A stretch of 64,000 nucleotides of DNA, taken from the human T2T-CHM13v2.0 reference genome, Homo sapiens. Of this stretch, positions 31,540-48,997 are shown piece after piece (within the stretch, counting starts at the first letter, position 1; each line of letters starts with the position of its first letter). A program made the position numbers and the translations under genes. The stretch lies in the NCBI RefSeq assembly GCF_009914755.1, contig NC_060940.1. One strand, 5' to 3'. Below the pieces are notes generated by a model. It searched no databases, was not told the origin of the DNA, and worked only from the letters and a program-made list of their open reading frames with translations.

Positions 31540-32225
31540 AACAAAAGGCAGTGCAGCGACCTACACCTAGGTACGCCCGAGAAATGCCCACACGTCTCCA
31601 CGACACTCGCAGGTCTGTGTTCACAGCAGCGCTGCAAAGGGCCAAACAGAGACCATTCAGGTGTCCATCAGCTGATGGGTGCATGACCCGCATGACCCTG
31701 CCACAGGGAGGGCTGTGCTCTGATGCCTGCTGCAGCAAGGGTGCGCCTCCACGGCACCAAGCTCTGCCGCAGCATGGGTGCGCCGCAACAGCACAAAGCT
31801 CTGCCGTATCAGACACAAAGGCCCACAGATTGTCCTTCACATGAACGTCTGGAATAGGCAGATAAATCCACAGACAGAAAACAAGACTAGTGGTTGCCAG
31901 GGTGGAAAGAGGATCCTGGAAAGGGAGGGGGTGCGGTCACAGAAGGACAACCAGGGGGGTCCTTGTGGTGACGCAAGGGTTTTAAGGTCCCGACTGTGGG
32001 ACACAGGCATCTGCATCTGTGATCAACTGTACAGAACTCAATACCCTTTCCAAGTAAGGGTGAAACAGCTGTCTAAGACCAGAGGGTTTCATCAATGCCG
32101 ATATACACCCTAGGGGTGATACTGTTCAGTGTGCAAAATGCCACCACTGGGGAAGCTTGGCAATGTGTACAAGGGACTGCTCCCTGTTCTTTCTTACATC
32201 TCATGTCATCTATGGTTATCTCAGA
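31540..32225 (+). mobile_element. Old L1 3' remnants (L1MC/MD-like)
   Basis: gtgttcacagcagc..gtgtccatcagctgatggg; ctagtggttgccaggg; gcaaaatgccaccactggggaagct. Confidence 0.65.
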
Positions 32226-33955
32226 AGAAAACAAACAAAAACCAAACACGGGGGGCCCAGCCCACCTCAAACCCCAGCTGCAGGATGGAAGCTCAGAGAG
32301 GCTGGGGGCCTGGCCCCTTCAGGAAGAGCCAGGCCAAGACCATCCAGTAACGAGAACGCAAACCTTCTGGCTTCAGAGCTCTCACTGAGGAAGAATCTCA
32401 GGCATGGCAGGAAGAAGACACACTGCTGTTCAACTGGAAAAGGATCAGACTCAGTAAAATGCTCTTTGCATTCTTCCCCACGCCCCTCCCTGCCCTGGAG
32501 CTGGGGTGGAGCTGCTTCTTCTCAGGACTCAGGCGAGGGGAGCCCATGTCCAGGGGTGGCCAGCCTGCACTTTAGTGTGGGCCTGTGCCCAACTATGTGG
32601 CAGCTCTGAGGATGAGAAGATGTTTCTGGAAGGAGCTGTGAGCCACAGTGCAGTCCAGAAGGGGAGACAGGCGTGCCCGGTACCTGCCCCAGCCACACCC
32701 TGGGCCCAGTTAGGATCCTACAGGATCCTGAGCCCTCCTGCCGTTATCCAGGGCAAAGATGGCAAATGGCTCCTGCAAGATGACACCCAGGGCCTTGAGG
32801 CAAATTCCCCCAACCAAGCAAAGAGAAGACCAGAGGCTGGAGCACACCTCCTGCTGATGGAAACAGCCCAGCAGCGACCACAGGGCCTTCCAGGCAGCTC
32901 AGCGTCACCGCACACATTTGACAAATGACCGACTGAAGCCTAGGACGCCCAGGTGAGCTCAGCATCCTCCCCTGACCTGCACCCACCTGGCCTTGTTCCT
33001 CCACGGCAGGACCCGAGAGCAGAAGGGAGCTTTCATCACGGTGACTGCTGTGCTGGGAAAGGTTTCCATGATGCTGGTCAGAGGCAGCCGAAGATGGCAG
33101 CAACCTCCCTGCTGATGTCAGCCCCAGACGACCCCCAGGCCGGCTCCTGAGTGCTCAGTACAGCAGCCTCTCAAAAGGCCAAGCCTCCATTCACCCCACG
33201 GCACTCAACACACCCAAGAACAGAACCCTGCAGGCGCCACGAGACGCCCAAGAACCAAGCCCTGCGGACACCACGAGACAACCCTAGGGCTCCGTCCCTT
33301 GCTTGAGCTCTCCTAGTTGAGAAAAATGTGTTTGGCAATGTTATAGCTGCCCCGTCTCATGACGAAGGGGACTTGTTCAGGTGAGAAACGTTCAACTGCG
33401 CGCTCGCTTACTGAAAACCGCCGAGGGGGAAGACGGGACGAGCGTCTTGACTTTCAGGGTGCACGTAAGTGGCTGGTCCCACCAAGGAAGTGCCAGAAAA
33501 AGATGCAACGACTCTCACTACCTCCCAACACTTTCGCAAATACTCACTGAAGAAAGGCCACCTACACAGAGAGGCAGGTTCAGCATGACACCACTAGGCA
33601 ATTCTCACAGAACAGAAACAAATAAAGAATAAGAAAGAGATGACAGACAAGCACCGCCAGTGTCCATTCTACCATTTGGTGTCGTTTTATGTCATTTAAA
33701 TCAAGTCATTCCCTGCACAGACAGGTGTCCAGCTGCTCGGTGCATGGAGGCCAGAGCCACAGAAGGGGCCGCTGACGCCAGCAGCTTCTCTCTGGTGCCC
33801 AGGCTATGTGGTCTGTAGTCTGTGCACCACCCACAGATGAGTTCTCTCAAGGACCAGCTCAGATTCCGCCATGCTGCAGGAAGGTCCAGGCAGGCGCCGC
33901 TCCCCACATTCAAGGGTGCTGTGCACTCCCTGCCCACATGACGACACCCAAGGAG

Positions 33956-34094
33956 GGGTGTGGAGGGCGATGCAGACTCCCCCCTGCACCCCCTCAGGAT
34001 GACTAGATGGATATGAGAGGTGGTCTCGGGTGTGGAGGGCGATGCGGACTCCCTCCTGCACCCCCTCAGGATGACGGAGAGGAGAGGTGGTCTC
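33956..34094. repeat. ~70-bp tandem duplication
   Basis: gggtgtggagggcgatgc(a/g)gactccc..ctgcaccccctcaggatgac..gagaggtggtctc x2. Confidence 0.85.
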
Positions 34095-34389
34095 CATCAA
34101 GGCCACGCCCTCTGCCCAGGCCAGCAATGTCCATCATGTTCCTGAGCAAACCGAGCTCTTCCACAGGAGGAAAGGGAGGTAGACCTGGTGACCGTGTGAC
34201 TCCACTGGCATCAAGAGGAACTCTACTGACTGGCCTGTTACAGAACAGGAGGCTGCTCCATAGAAATCAGCTGGAAGAAAGAACCCACAGAGGCTCTAAA
34301 GATGGGACCGGTTTGTCACGGGCCAAGAACATGGTGAAGCCAGGACTGAGCACTCACACTGAAACCAGTGGGTCCCCAGGTGGACTGAG

Positions 34390-34760
34390 GAACCACAAGG
34401 ACCACCACGGCGGGCACCCGGCCCTCGCATGCACACACGGGCAACTTTACAACCTGGCCTGGGAAGAAGGACCGGCGCCCACTCCCAGGAGGAAAAGCAG
34501 CGGCAGCGCACGGCAAGATGGATCCTGACACTCAGAGCTGGGGAAAGAGCCACACGTCCTCCTGCAGCCCGAGCCTCTCACTGAGATTAAGAGGGGCTCT
34601 GGGGCAGGCGGAGGCGGCGGCAGCGCCCAGCGACGGATGCGGCCACCACTGCAGGGCCTGCCGCCGGTGTGGAGAGCCCGAGTCACGGAGCCCCATGCTG
34701 CCCCTCACAGCACGGACGGGGTCGACAAGGCAGTGGCAGGCGGAGTGAGAGGCGGCTCAG
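34390..34760. promoter_or_regulatory. Small CpG/GC-rich cluster (possible intragenic CpG island or enhancer)
   Basis: Dense CpG, e.g. ggcggaggcggcggcagcgcccagcgacggatgcggcc. Confidence 0.35.
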
Positions 34761-36611
34761 GGCACCAGCTGCCCACTGAGTCACTGTGAGAAGAGCGAAG
34801 GCCAAGGCTTGGGAAGGTTTCCAGCTGACAGAGACGCCACTGAAACATGAGCTGATAAAACAAGATGATGTTGGAGATTTACTAAAATACTAACATTAAG
34901 ATATTAATACTAAAAATTAAAATACTGAAATTAAAAAATGTTTAAAGAAAGAAAAAAATTTTTTTGAAAACATGAACAAGTGCAAGGAGGAGATGGATCA
35001 ACCCGAGCTGGTCAAATGCTAGTAAACGCTGAGCCCGGGGACCCAGGACACTGTTCTCTCAGATTTTGTGACTGAAGATATTCCCCACGCAAAGTTAAAC
35101 AAATGTTGAGAGTCAGAAAGCCACCCTGTGGCAGGGACTCACTGAAAGTTACTTCCTACAGCTCCTGCACCACCCGTTCATCAGTGGTCCCCGTTTACGG
35201 ACCCCGGAAGCTCCCGGGTGACCCAGTCCACCTCAGAGAGTATCACCCACAGAATGCAAGCTGACTGGTGTGTGCCTGCCTACCTACATACACCCCGAGG
35301 AAGGCACAGCACCCACAGTACGTGCGTTCACTGCAAGGAAAGAATCTTCCAGTCACCGTTCCTCTGTCCCCATTGTCGCTGTCATAAAGAACTCTTCTCC
35401 CGCTGCATATCACCGGGGTTCAAATAAAGCCCTTCTGAGGGATGCCCTGTGGGAATGACAGAAGCAATGGAAAAGGCCTTCACAGATCATCCAATGCAAC
35501 TGGAAAACTAAGACGTTTACCCAAGATTGTGAAGCAATTTAATAGCTGAACTTGAACAAAAACACCTATTTCCAAAATTATCCCCAGATAAGTGGTAAGG
35601 CTGTGGTAAGCGGCAGCATCCAACACAGCAACACCGGACCCCTGGCTAGAATAACCCACACAGTGATACAGATGCGCAGGAAGCTCAATTCCAAAACACA
35701 CGCCTTCCACCGGGGGCAACCCCAACAGGGAGCCAGGCCACCCTCTCCAGCCACGCCAGCACCGCCGTCCACCCAGCTGCTCCTTCGAGCCGTGCACGGC
35801 CTGAGTCACAGGAAAAGCCCAGTTCTGCTGAGTGGACGGCTGCAAGGGGAGGCTAAATATGGCTCATAGCAGTACCAGACACCAGCGATTCGAGAGAAAA
35901 CATCGGCATGTGACTGAGGCTGACGTCGGAAGTTCACATTCCCACGAGCTGCTTTACTTCACGAAATGAAAACATCATGTAACTCTCGCTGATGCATAAG
36001 GAAGACCTGCAGAAACGCTGCAGACACAACCCCACGCGGGAGGCATGCACACGACACCCCTCCCACACCTACCTGGGATCCCCCAAGAACCCAGCACCCA
36101 GGGACACCTGACAGACGCCTGTGTAGGGTTACAAGATTGGTAGAACCTTATTCTTACTTTTAGTTAGAGCTGCTATTAATTGCACTTGACACAGAGGTGG
36201 GGCCTGAGTCTTGGCAGGCGGTCCACACGGGACAGGGTCATCAGGAGTGACCACCAAGCGGGCTGGGGCCCTGGCCCACTCGACATCTCCAGAAGGGTCT
36301 GACGACCACAATACCTGCAGGACAGGAGCTCCGCACTTCTGCAAAGCCAGAGTGGAGACAACACGCAAGTGTGAGGCCCGCAGAGAGGGGTGTTAACCCG
36401 AGACAAAAATGATCAATAGTTTTACTGGTGATTTTCTTCACCCTCCCCTCTCCCCATGACATCCCTTAAAGAGATCCTTTATTCACGGCAATTCTTTTTA
36501 AAAACATTAATATCAGACTTCAAAGATTTACAGTATTTTCATAGAAATCAATGAGATTTTATGCTTATTGAACCTAGTAATTCTCTTCACTTAAAAAATA
36601 TTACTAGAGAG

Positions 36612-36815
36612 CCGAGGTCAGCGAGTTATGGCTCACCATGTGTTTTTGTAAAAAAAATAATAATAATAATAATCACACTCACCTGTTTACATAAAATCTA
36701 TGACTACTTCTGTTCTACATGGGCAGAGCTGAACGATACAACAGGAACTGTACATCCAGAAAAGCCTAAAATACCACTAATCGGCCCAGTACAGAAAAAG
36801 CCTGTCAAGCCCTGC
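36612..36815 (-). mobile_element. MER58A-like hAT element
   Basis: gggcagagctgaacg..aaagcctaaaatac..ggcccagtacagaaaaag..caagccctg. Confidence 0.7.
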
Positions 36816-37619
36816 TCTGTGAGAGAATTCAGAGCCGATGGCCTCTGCCGGCCGCTGTGTGTGTGAGCTACACTCTGTCCTATGCTTCCAGGATGCGCCA
36901 TCTACAGAGCAACCTCAGGAGAGCTGTGGGAACAGCTGCTCGGGCCATCTCCCGCGTGCTACGATCAGAGGAGAAAAGCTCCTCCAGAGAGCATCGGGAA
37001 AAGCACTTCAACTCTGCTCAGGTAAGGACCAGAAAAAAACAGGAACTAAAACATGCCAGCTGAAGAACTCCATGATGAACGTGGACACACACGTGTGCAC
37101 AGAGCTGACCCCGAACACCACGGCTTGGCTGCACACGGCAAGTCACCCATCGATTTGTTTTCAACAAATACACTGAAAAACTTATTAGAGATTTGTGACC
37201 ATTTGGAAAGAATTACAAACCATACAGCCCAGGAATACCGAAAAAAGTCAGAAAAAGTATGTCATGAATGTACAAAATATATGTAGATATTAGTCTATCA
37301 TTTCCTACCATAAACTATACACAGATTATAAAAAATTAAACGCTTATAAATACTTACAGACTGTACATGGCATCGTTCAGCAGAGGGAAACGTAAACAAA
37401 CGTAACGTCGCAGGCTCAAGCAGAAGTGTATACAACTCAGTGCGGGACATACCACACTGCACGCTGTAATGATCTCACAGCCACAGCCTGTGCTACCGCG
37501 GTGAGCTCAAGTGTGTCGGTATCCGCTTAAAACACCGTGTGACACTAATCGTCTCCGCGTGAGCAGCTGGTCTCTCCAGAAATTGTGTATCACAGTAAAC
37601 AAATTATCTCAAGCCTTAA

Positions 37620-38066
<447 letters not shown>

Positions 38067-38149
38067 GACTCCGTCTCTTAAAAAAAAAAAAAAAAAAAAG
38101 CCTCTTGCAGTTCTCAAGTCTTTTTCATTGTGTTTACTCAATACCATAA

Positions 38150-40120
<1,971 letters not shown>

Positions 40121-40379
40121 AAGTTACACCAAATGCGCCTGCCTCTCCTGCCTCCCCTTCTACCTCTTCCACCCCCGCCCCATGAGAACAGCATGACCAC
40201 CCCTCCTCCTTCTACTCAATGAAATGATGAGGATGAAGACCTTCATGATGACCCACTTCCACTTAATGAGAAGTAAACATATTTTCTCTTCCTTATGATT
40301 TTCTTAACAACACCTTCTTTTCTCTAGCTTACTTTACTGTAAGAATACAGTATACAATACATACGACATATAAAATATG

Positions 40380-40500
40380 AGGGGCATGGTGGCTCACACT
40401 TATAATCCCAGTGCACTGGGAGGCCGAGGCGGAAGGATCACTTGAGCCCAGCAGTTTGAGACCAGCCTGGGCAACATGGCAAGCGAGACTCTGTCTCTTT
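40380..40500 (+). mobile_element. FLAM_C-like monomer
   Basis: Left-arm Alu ending gagactctgtctc. Confidence 0.82.
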
Positions 40501-40972
40501 AAGAAGCGGGAAAAAAAGTGCTTTGTATATGTCAGTGTTGGATTAAAATGTGTTGACTGTTTATGTGATCAGGAAGGCACTGGTCAACAAAATTAAATAC
40601 TCGGGGTATAAAAGGTTATATGTGGACTTGACTGTACCAGGGGTCAGTGCCACTAATCCCCAAGTTGTTCAAGGACCAAACATATATAATGATTTCATCA
40701 ACGTGTATGTCAACCATATTGATTAGGTCAATATTGATTTGTAATTCTTGATAATAATTTCAAATCATGGCATTGAAGCCTAACCACAAAAACCTCCTCA
40801 GAAAATAGCAAAAACGTAGAGCTTTAAAGATATTAAGCTAAATGTACGTGCTATAAGGCTACAGATACAGCAGGCTGGAAATAGTCTGGCTGAGAACACA
40901 CAACTGGCCAGCATGACTAGCAAGTGCTCAAGTAGCTTCTCTTGTTTGAAGACACTGGTGTACACAAAGATT

Positions 40973-41124
40973 TCTGCCTCCTGGGTTCAAGCAATTCTCC
41001 TGTCTCAGCCTCCCGAGTAGCTGGGATTACAGGTGTGTGCCACCATGCCTGGCTAATTTTTTGTCTGTGTATTTTAGTAGAGACGGGGTTTCATCATGTT
41101 GGCCAGGCTGGTCTCAAACTTCAG
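40973..41124 (-). mobile_element. Alu internal fragment
   Basis: Truncated at both ends. Confidence 0.88.
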
Positions 41125-41159
41125 GCGCTGTGGTTTAAAACTCTTTTATCCATGTTTTA

Positions 41160-41268
41160 AGGGGTTGATGGGTGGGGCGAGGTGGGGAAGGGCTTTCCAA
41201 GGCTGAAAACCTCTTCAGGGGTTGGTGGGTGGGGCGAGGTGGGAAGGGCTTTCCAAGGCTGAAGACCT
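41160..41268. repeat. ~57-bp G-rich tandem duplication
   Basis: aggggttg(a/g)tgggtggggcgaggtggg(g)aagggctttccaaggctgaa x2. Confidence 0.88.
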
Positions 41269-41804
41269 TTTTGGGTCAAGGTTCTGACGGCACACTGGGG
41301 AGCGTCAAGACGCCTCCTGCAGTCGTAGACAAGCCGGGCTGAGGCATTCACTGTCGCTTAGAACTGAAAACTTAGGGTCGTCCATGCCCAGAACGTCGGC
41401 AGTGCGGACCAGCCCCAGGAAGGCCTTTCTCACTGGCTTCTAGAAGGTGGGGCCGGCCCCCATGCCTGCCCCGGCACACGGCCATTCTGGGAGCTGCTGG
41501 CAGCCGGCGGGCTAGAAGGGGTGCACACCGTCTGTATGTGCGTCACAGGCTCATGCTTTTTTAATCCTATCTTGAAAACTTAGGGCTTTCTCACAAAGAC
41601 CTTGTGCCAGTTCCTAAGTGGAACAACAATTTTATAAAATAATTTTAAATGGCTCAAATCAAGTGTTACCAGTGAACGGGGCTTTCATTATATGTCGAAA
41701 GCTGACCATGGGGAACAGGCCCACAGGGGCCTCCTGCTCCACACCCTGTCAGGGCATCCAAAACCAGCTCATGTAACTCTGCTTTCCAGGAGTCCAACTT
41801 GAAC

Positions 41805-41913
41805 ATTTTTTTAAAGAGACAAAGTCTTGCTCTGTCGCCCAGACAGAGCTCAGTCACGGCTCACTGCAGCCTCAACCTCCTGGGCTCAAGTGACACTTCT
41901 GCCTCAGCCTCCT
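41805..41913 (-). mobile_element. AluJ right-arm fragment
   Basis: gctcactgcagcctcaacctcctgggctcaag. Confidence 0.8.
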
Positions 41914-42427
41914 GGCTCCAACTTGAGCTTACAGTTTTCTGCTCCACCACTGCTCTCTGCCTCCCACCTCCAGGTGACTGGGACGCGAGCGCCCCAAGCA
42001 GCACGGAAGAGCTCCGTGCAGTGCACGGATTTGCGAAGAACGTGTTGGTTCTTGTGATTCACAAAGAACTTGGACTGAGTACAACGGGCAAAGAAGATGT
42101 CAGCTGTATTTTTAACATTCTGTTCAGCAAGAAGAGTATACATAATAATTTCCCAAAAAATATAATTTTTGAAAATGCAGAAAAATAAAAAATTTAGAAA
42201 GAAATACATGGCTGCAGACACTGACCTTTTCAGTTTTCCAATCATCATTTCTCAAAACACACACTTTCATCTCTATTTACCAAACACTATTTTCTGCATC
42301 TCCAAACCCCTCAAGCTTCAGTCCAGGTCCAAGTATCAATGGGTATATATGAAGCTCCTCTGCCACCAGAAATTCACTATGGAAAGATGTTATTTCTGGT
42401 ACCCCAGTTGCAAAACAATGATGCCTG

Positions 42428-42721
42428 TTTTTTTCTTTTTGAGACAGAGTCTCATTCTGTCACCCAGGCTGGAGAGCGATGGCGTGATCTCGGCTCACTT
42501 CAACACCCACTTCACAGGTTCAAGCAATTCTCCTGTCTCTGCCCCCCGAGTAGTTGGTATTACAGGCATGTGCCACGACGCCTGGCTAATTCTGTATTTT
42601 TAGTAGAGATGGGGTTTCTCCATGTTGGCCAAGCTGGTCTCAAACTCCTGACCTCAGGTGATCCACCCACCTCGGCCTCCCAAAGTGCTGGGATTACAGG
42701 TGTGAGCCACTGTGCCCAGCC
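42428..42721 (-). mobile_element. AluS
   Basis: TSD caatgatgcc. Confidence 0.95.
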
Positions 42722-43350
42722 CAATGATGCCATTTTAACTCCTTTTCTCCTAAGTGGATTAGAGCTCCCTGAGCCTTCAGATAGCTTCCTTGGGGCTACT
42801 CCAGAGAACGACCAGCAGTCTCCACCTGCATAAGAAACGGGACACAGGGCACGAAGAGCAGCCCCAGGACCTGCCCGCTGCCTTGGGACTTGTGAAAGCA
42901 TTTTTTGTGTAATGCCAAACAGGTCTTTGTTAAAAGACAATAACCAATAGGAGACAGGCTTCTAGATCTGCAGAAACTCTAGAAATAAATGAAGGAAAGC
43001 CTGACGAGTACCTGCCTGCTTTCCAGGGAAGAGAAGTGAGCAAAGGCAGAGAAGAAGCTGGAGGCCTCGTGGGGCATCTCCTGCACGGGCAGCAGGGCTG
43101 CGTAACCACCACGAGCACTGGGGCTTATGGGAGGAAGGAGTGTGTGCAGTTCCGGCCCCAAAGGTGACCAGGCCTACACGGGGCAATGCAGCTCAGAGGT
43201 CGTGGGCAGAGGACAGCTGAGGCAGGCAGACGGAGCACGCATCCCTGCTTCCCAGTGTGGGCCCACTCTGCTGGGCAAGGTTCTAAGGGGCTCCGAGTGA
43301 AGCCCCTGAGCACACGGTAAACAATCGATCCAAAAAGGGATGAGAAGGGC

Positions 43351-43743
<393 letters not shown>

Positions 43744-44645
43744 TTAGGGTTATTGTATAAGGAGCAAGAGCTTTTCACATTGTAACAGCCCCAACATTAA
43801 ATCATCAATAAAAAGCAAAATGAGGGTAAGCATTCTAGTTTATAAAACATGCACTATGATTTTCTAATTATCCAAACAAGTAACTTACATGCGATGATAC
43901 GCTTTCCAACAAGAGGAGAACGATGAAAGCTGTCAACATCCCCCAACATGCCTGTCACAAATGCGCATCACAGAAACCCACCTTCAGAACTCTCATCAGG
44001 AAACAGATGCCCTCTGCTACTCACATTCAGACTGGAGAATACCTGTCAGCATATACACCCCTCCTTACCGAATTTATACACTTTGTGAACAAGTGTTCCC
44101 CGAGCACATTGACCCCACGCGAATGGGGGGAAGAGGTAGAGGTCAGATGAGACCCAGGAGGGCATAACTTACAGCCTCTGCCACAGGCCACTCACGTGGT
44201 GACCACAGTCCAGCCAACTGCACTCTCAGGCTGTGACCTCTCCACGGGGCTCAGACTGTATCTAGTTCTATCTTCAATGTAGTGTGTCTGAGATCGTTTA
44301 ACTAAAAGTGCTTTACAAACCGTGCAAGCAGCCAGCACGACTGTCCAGGCCCAGGGAAGGTGATGGGAAGGAGCCAGTGAATGGGGCCCAGGCAGGCGCC
44401 ACCAGAACGGGCGAGGGGGACGCGGCCTCCCAGCAGCTGGGCACACCCAGGGGACAGAGAGTCTGCTCCCACCCATCTCCTCTTTCCCCTGGAGCCCTTG
44501 AACCCATCAAATGGATTTAAGGCCACTGACCAGGGCAGGAGTGACCCAAGCAAAGTTAAAAGGTGTCTAGAAATTCCTTGAGCCTCTAACTGCATCTTAA
44601 ACTAGACAGCCAGGCACCCGAAGTCTAGAAATATATATATATATA

Positions 44646-45331
<686 letters not shown>

Positions 45332-45920
45332 TAATAAAGGTAGTTATTCAATTATGCCATGTCATATACCTCTCTCGTCTGGATTCAACTTTCACACCAC
45401 TGTAATATAGGTTTTAAAAGCTGGGTGTGCTGGCTCATGCGGACCCACAGCCTAAGGCCAAACAGCCGCCTGTGCTGCTGAGTAAAGGGAGCGGTGCGAG
45501 GTCACCTCAGGGAGGAAGAGGGAGGAGCCACAAGAGCAAAGTGTTCAGCTGGCTGAAAGCTCAAGATAACCGGCTCTGCCAGAAGCACTGCCATTAGGAT
45601 TTCCAGGGAACCCCTCCTAGCCATGCCTGCCTGGCTGCTCTGGAGGGGCAGCAGCAGCCCCATACCAACGCTGACCTCCTGAGAGAACAAGACGAGGAGA
45701 TCTGTGCCATGGCTGTCCCCACACTCTGGGAGAATGTGAGTTCAGAAAGGCGCTGTATCTACCCTCCCTGATGGGCTCATTTCTGTCTCATTCAAAACCT
45801 CGGGGCCATGTCCAGTGGACGCTGCTGCCTCCTGTGTCTGCAAGAAGGAAGAGCCATGAAGTTCCCATGGAACAAAGCACGGCCAGGAATGGCCAAAGCC
45901 GAAGAGCCTCCCATGGTGTC

Positions 45921-46071
45921 ACGTCGAGCCCCTGCCCTCGGACCAGCAACGCAGCAGACGTCGAGCCCCTACCCTCGGACCAGCAACGCAGCAGACGTCC
46001 AGCCCCTGCCCTCGGACCAGCAACGCAGCAGACGTCCAGCCCCTGCACTCGGACCAGCAAAGCAGCAGACG
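45921..46071. repeat. 37-bp minisatellite, 4 copies
   Basis: acgtc(g/c)agcccctgccctcggaccagcaacgcagcag at 45921, 45958, 45995, 46032. Confidence 0.93.
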
Positions 46072-46286
46072 GAAAGCCAAGAAGGCCCAATGCCAAGAGC
46101 CCAATCATGATAGCACCCAGAGGGCAAAGGTGCAGACTCCTCCCTCACTCCCACCTTTCCCAAACACCACCTCCAAGCTCCAGTCATACCTCTGTCTCAC
46201 AAACACCCGCTAGGGCCTTGTCAAACTCACCTCCCACTGACGAAGGCGCTTCACAAAAGCATCTAGCAAGATAAAGAATCTGAAAC

Positions 46287-46748
<462 letters not shown>

Positions 46749-46755
46749 AGCAGAA

Positions 46756-46914
46756 CGGGATGGGATGAAATGGGACAGGACAAGATGGGAATGGGACGAG
46801 ATGGAAATGGGACAGGATGGGACGACATGGAACAGGATGGGATGGGACTGGGATGGGATGGGATGGGAATGGGACAGGATGGGACGGGACGGGATGGGGC
46901 AGGACAGAGCAGGG
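46756..46914. repeat. Degenerate (GGGAY)n pentamer repeat
   Basis: gggatgggat..gggacgggacgggatggggc. Confidence 0.9.
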
Positions 46915-47185
46915 CAGCTTCTGCAGGAAGGAGCCTCTGCACTGGCAGTGGCACTGACGGCTTCAAAGGAGCTGCGAAGACACAAACTACAGAAAGAATA
47001 GAACTCAATTCTTCCCTCCTTTTACCTCAATCAGGTGGCCTTTTGGTCTTACTGTATTTTTGGCAACCTGTATTTAGCACCTACAGAAAAAGCAGGCCCA
47101 CTAGACAGCCCAACAACAGAACCGCTGCAGGTGAGAACATACGTGTGTAAGAACATGTGTGTGGGAGCACACAATGAGAAATAGT

Positions 47186-47187
47186 TT

Positions 47188-47233
<46 letters not shown>

Positions 47234-47752
47234 AGACTACGTTTCTGTCGCCCAGGCTGGAGTGCAGTGGCACAATCTCAGCTCACTGCAACCTCTGACT
47301 CCTGGGTTCAAGTGATTCTCCTGACTCAGCCTCCCAAGTAGCTGGAACTACAGGCACACACCACCATGCCAGGCTAATTTTTGTATTTTTAGTAGAGACG
47401 ATATTTCACCATGTTGGCCAGGCTGGTCTTGAACTCTTGACCTCAGGTCCTCCACCTCCCAAAGTGCTGGGATTACAGGCGTGAGCCACTGTACCCGGCC
47501 TTGAGAAATGGTGTTTTTTTGTTTGTTTGTTTGAGATGGAGTCTCCCTCTGTCACCCAGGCTGGAGTGCAATGGCCCGTCTCAGCTCACTGCACAGGTGT
47601 CTGCCACCATGCCCAACTAATTTGTGTATTTTTAGTAGAGACGCTGTTTTGCCATGTTGGCCGGGCTGGTCTCGAACTCCTGACCTCAGGTGATCCACCC
47701 GCTTCAGCCTCCCAAAGTGCTGGGATTACAGGCGTGAGCCACCGGACCCAGC
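47186..47752 (-). mobile_element. Two tandem antisense AluS (47186-47500, 47514-47752)
   Basis: Both carry deletions; first has a >40-nt T tract. Confidence 0.93.
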
Positions 47753-48189
47753 AGACAGAAATGGTTTTCTATGGCAGAGCAGACTGAGCCCGTCCACAAG
47801 CCAGCACCGGGCAGAGGGAAGGGCGCCAGAGACACCGAGACCCTGTGGGTATCCCTGTGTCAGAGCCTCAAGCTGCTCCCTACCAATTCTCCAACTCTAC
47901 TGAGTGAGCAAGAAGACAGTCACCATATTCCCAACACAACACACTCACGATGATGCATTTCCACATTTCACTCAAATGCTTTAAAGATTTCAAAACTACG
48001 AATTCACTTTAGGTACAGTCCATCACGTACAGTCTGCAAAGAAAACCCCACTCAGCACCACTTTCACGTCTGACGACAGAAGGCTAACGTGAGTGGCAGT
48101 GAGACCGTGCCAGAGCCTGCCTGCCTCACCCCCGCCGCTGCGCAGCCAGAGGCCGGGGATTAGGCCAGACACCAGCGGCTCGCCAAGAG

Positions 48190-48367
48190 CTCCATTTGTG
48201 ACCGTTCCCTCCGTAGGCAACCCGGTGGTCCCCACTCCCAGGAGGTCACCACACGGATGCCAAACTTAGCACACAGCGGACAGCAGTCCAGAACTCCCTG
48301 GCTCAAGCCGGCCTCCCGCTCAGCCTCCCAGGTAGCTGGGACCACGGGTGTGCGCCGCCATGCCCGC
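48190..48367 (-). pseudogene. Degenerate 7SL (SRP RNA) retropseudogene
   Basis: Minus strand ctaagtttggcatc..ggtgacctcctgggagtggggaccaccgggttgcctacggaggg matches the 7SL S-domain, which Alus lack. Confidence 0.85.
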
Positions 48368-48997
48368 AAACTGGGTCCAATTTGTCTGCAAGAGAAGCAA
48401 AGGGGATGCCAGGGCTTCTCCTATTCCTCAGATTTTCGTTTTTAAGTAAAGTCATTACAGATTAAGAAAATACAATACCGGCTTCCAATGAACAATTCAT
48501 CTTTTAATGTAAGTTTAAAACAAAATGGAAATCCACACTACAAGTTTTCCATTAACATAATGACCAAATAAAAAATGACTCCATGTTAAAAATCAGTCAC
48601 TTTTTTTTTTTAAAGCTTGATTATTAAGACAGACAATGCACTAATTCTCCCTTCTGAGGGCAGCACGACCAATTCCCAACGTTACTCGTGTGTCCAGGGA
48701 CCGTCCACACTGCCCTGCTGCCCCACCCTTTACCCAAGGAGACGCCAGAAACCCAGCCACTGGTCCCTAGCAAGAGGCCCTCTTTTCTCACCAGGGACAG
48801 TGGAGGATAGAACCCGGCACACAGCATGAGGGTGTGGGGGAAAGGGGGCTCTTCTCTGGAAGGATGGCAGTGGCCCGCAACGACCTTGCATCCTGCAAGA
48901 TGCCCGCGGGGAGGAGTGTATCCAAAAGCACCCTACAGGACACGAGTCAAGACAGAATCACAAATCTCTTCTCGTCCAGGAAACTTGACTCCCTTAC

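Noticed and set aside
35515-35570. Possible minus-strand microexon (aaatag|...TGG|gtaaac)
   Set aside because: No pyrimidine tract and only a moderate donor; indistinguishable from background.
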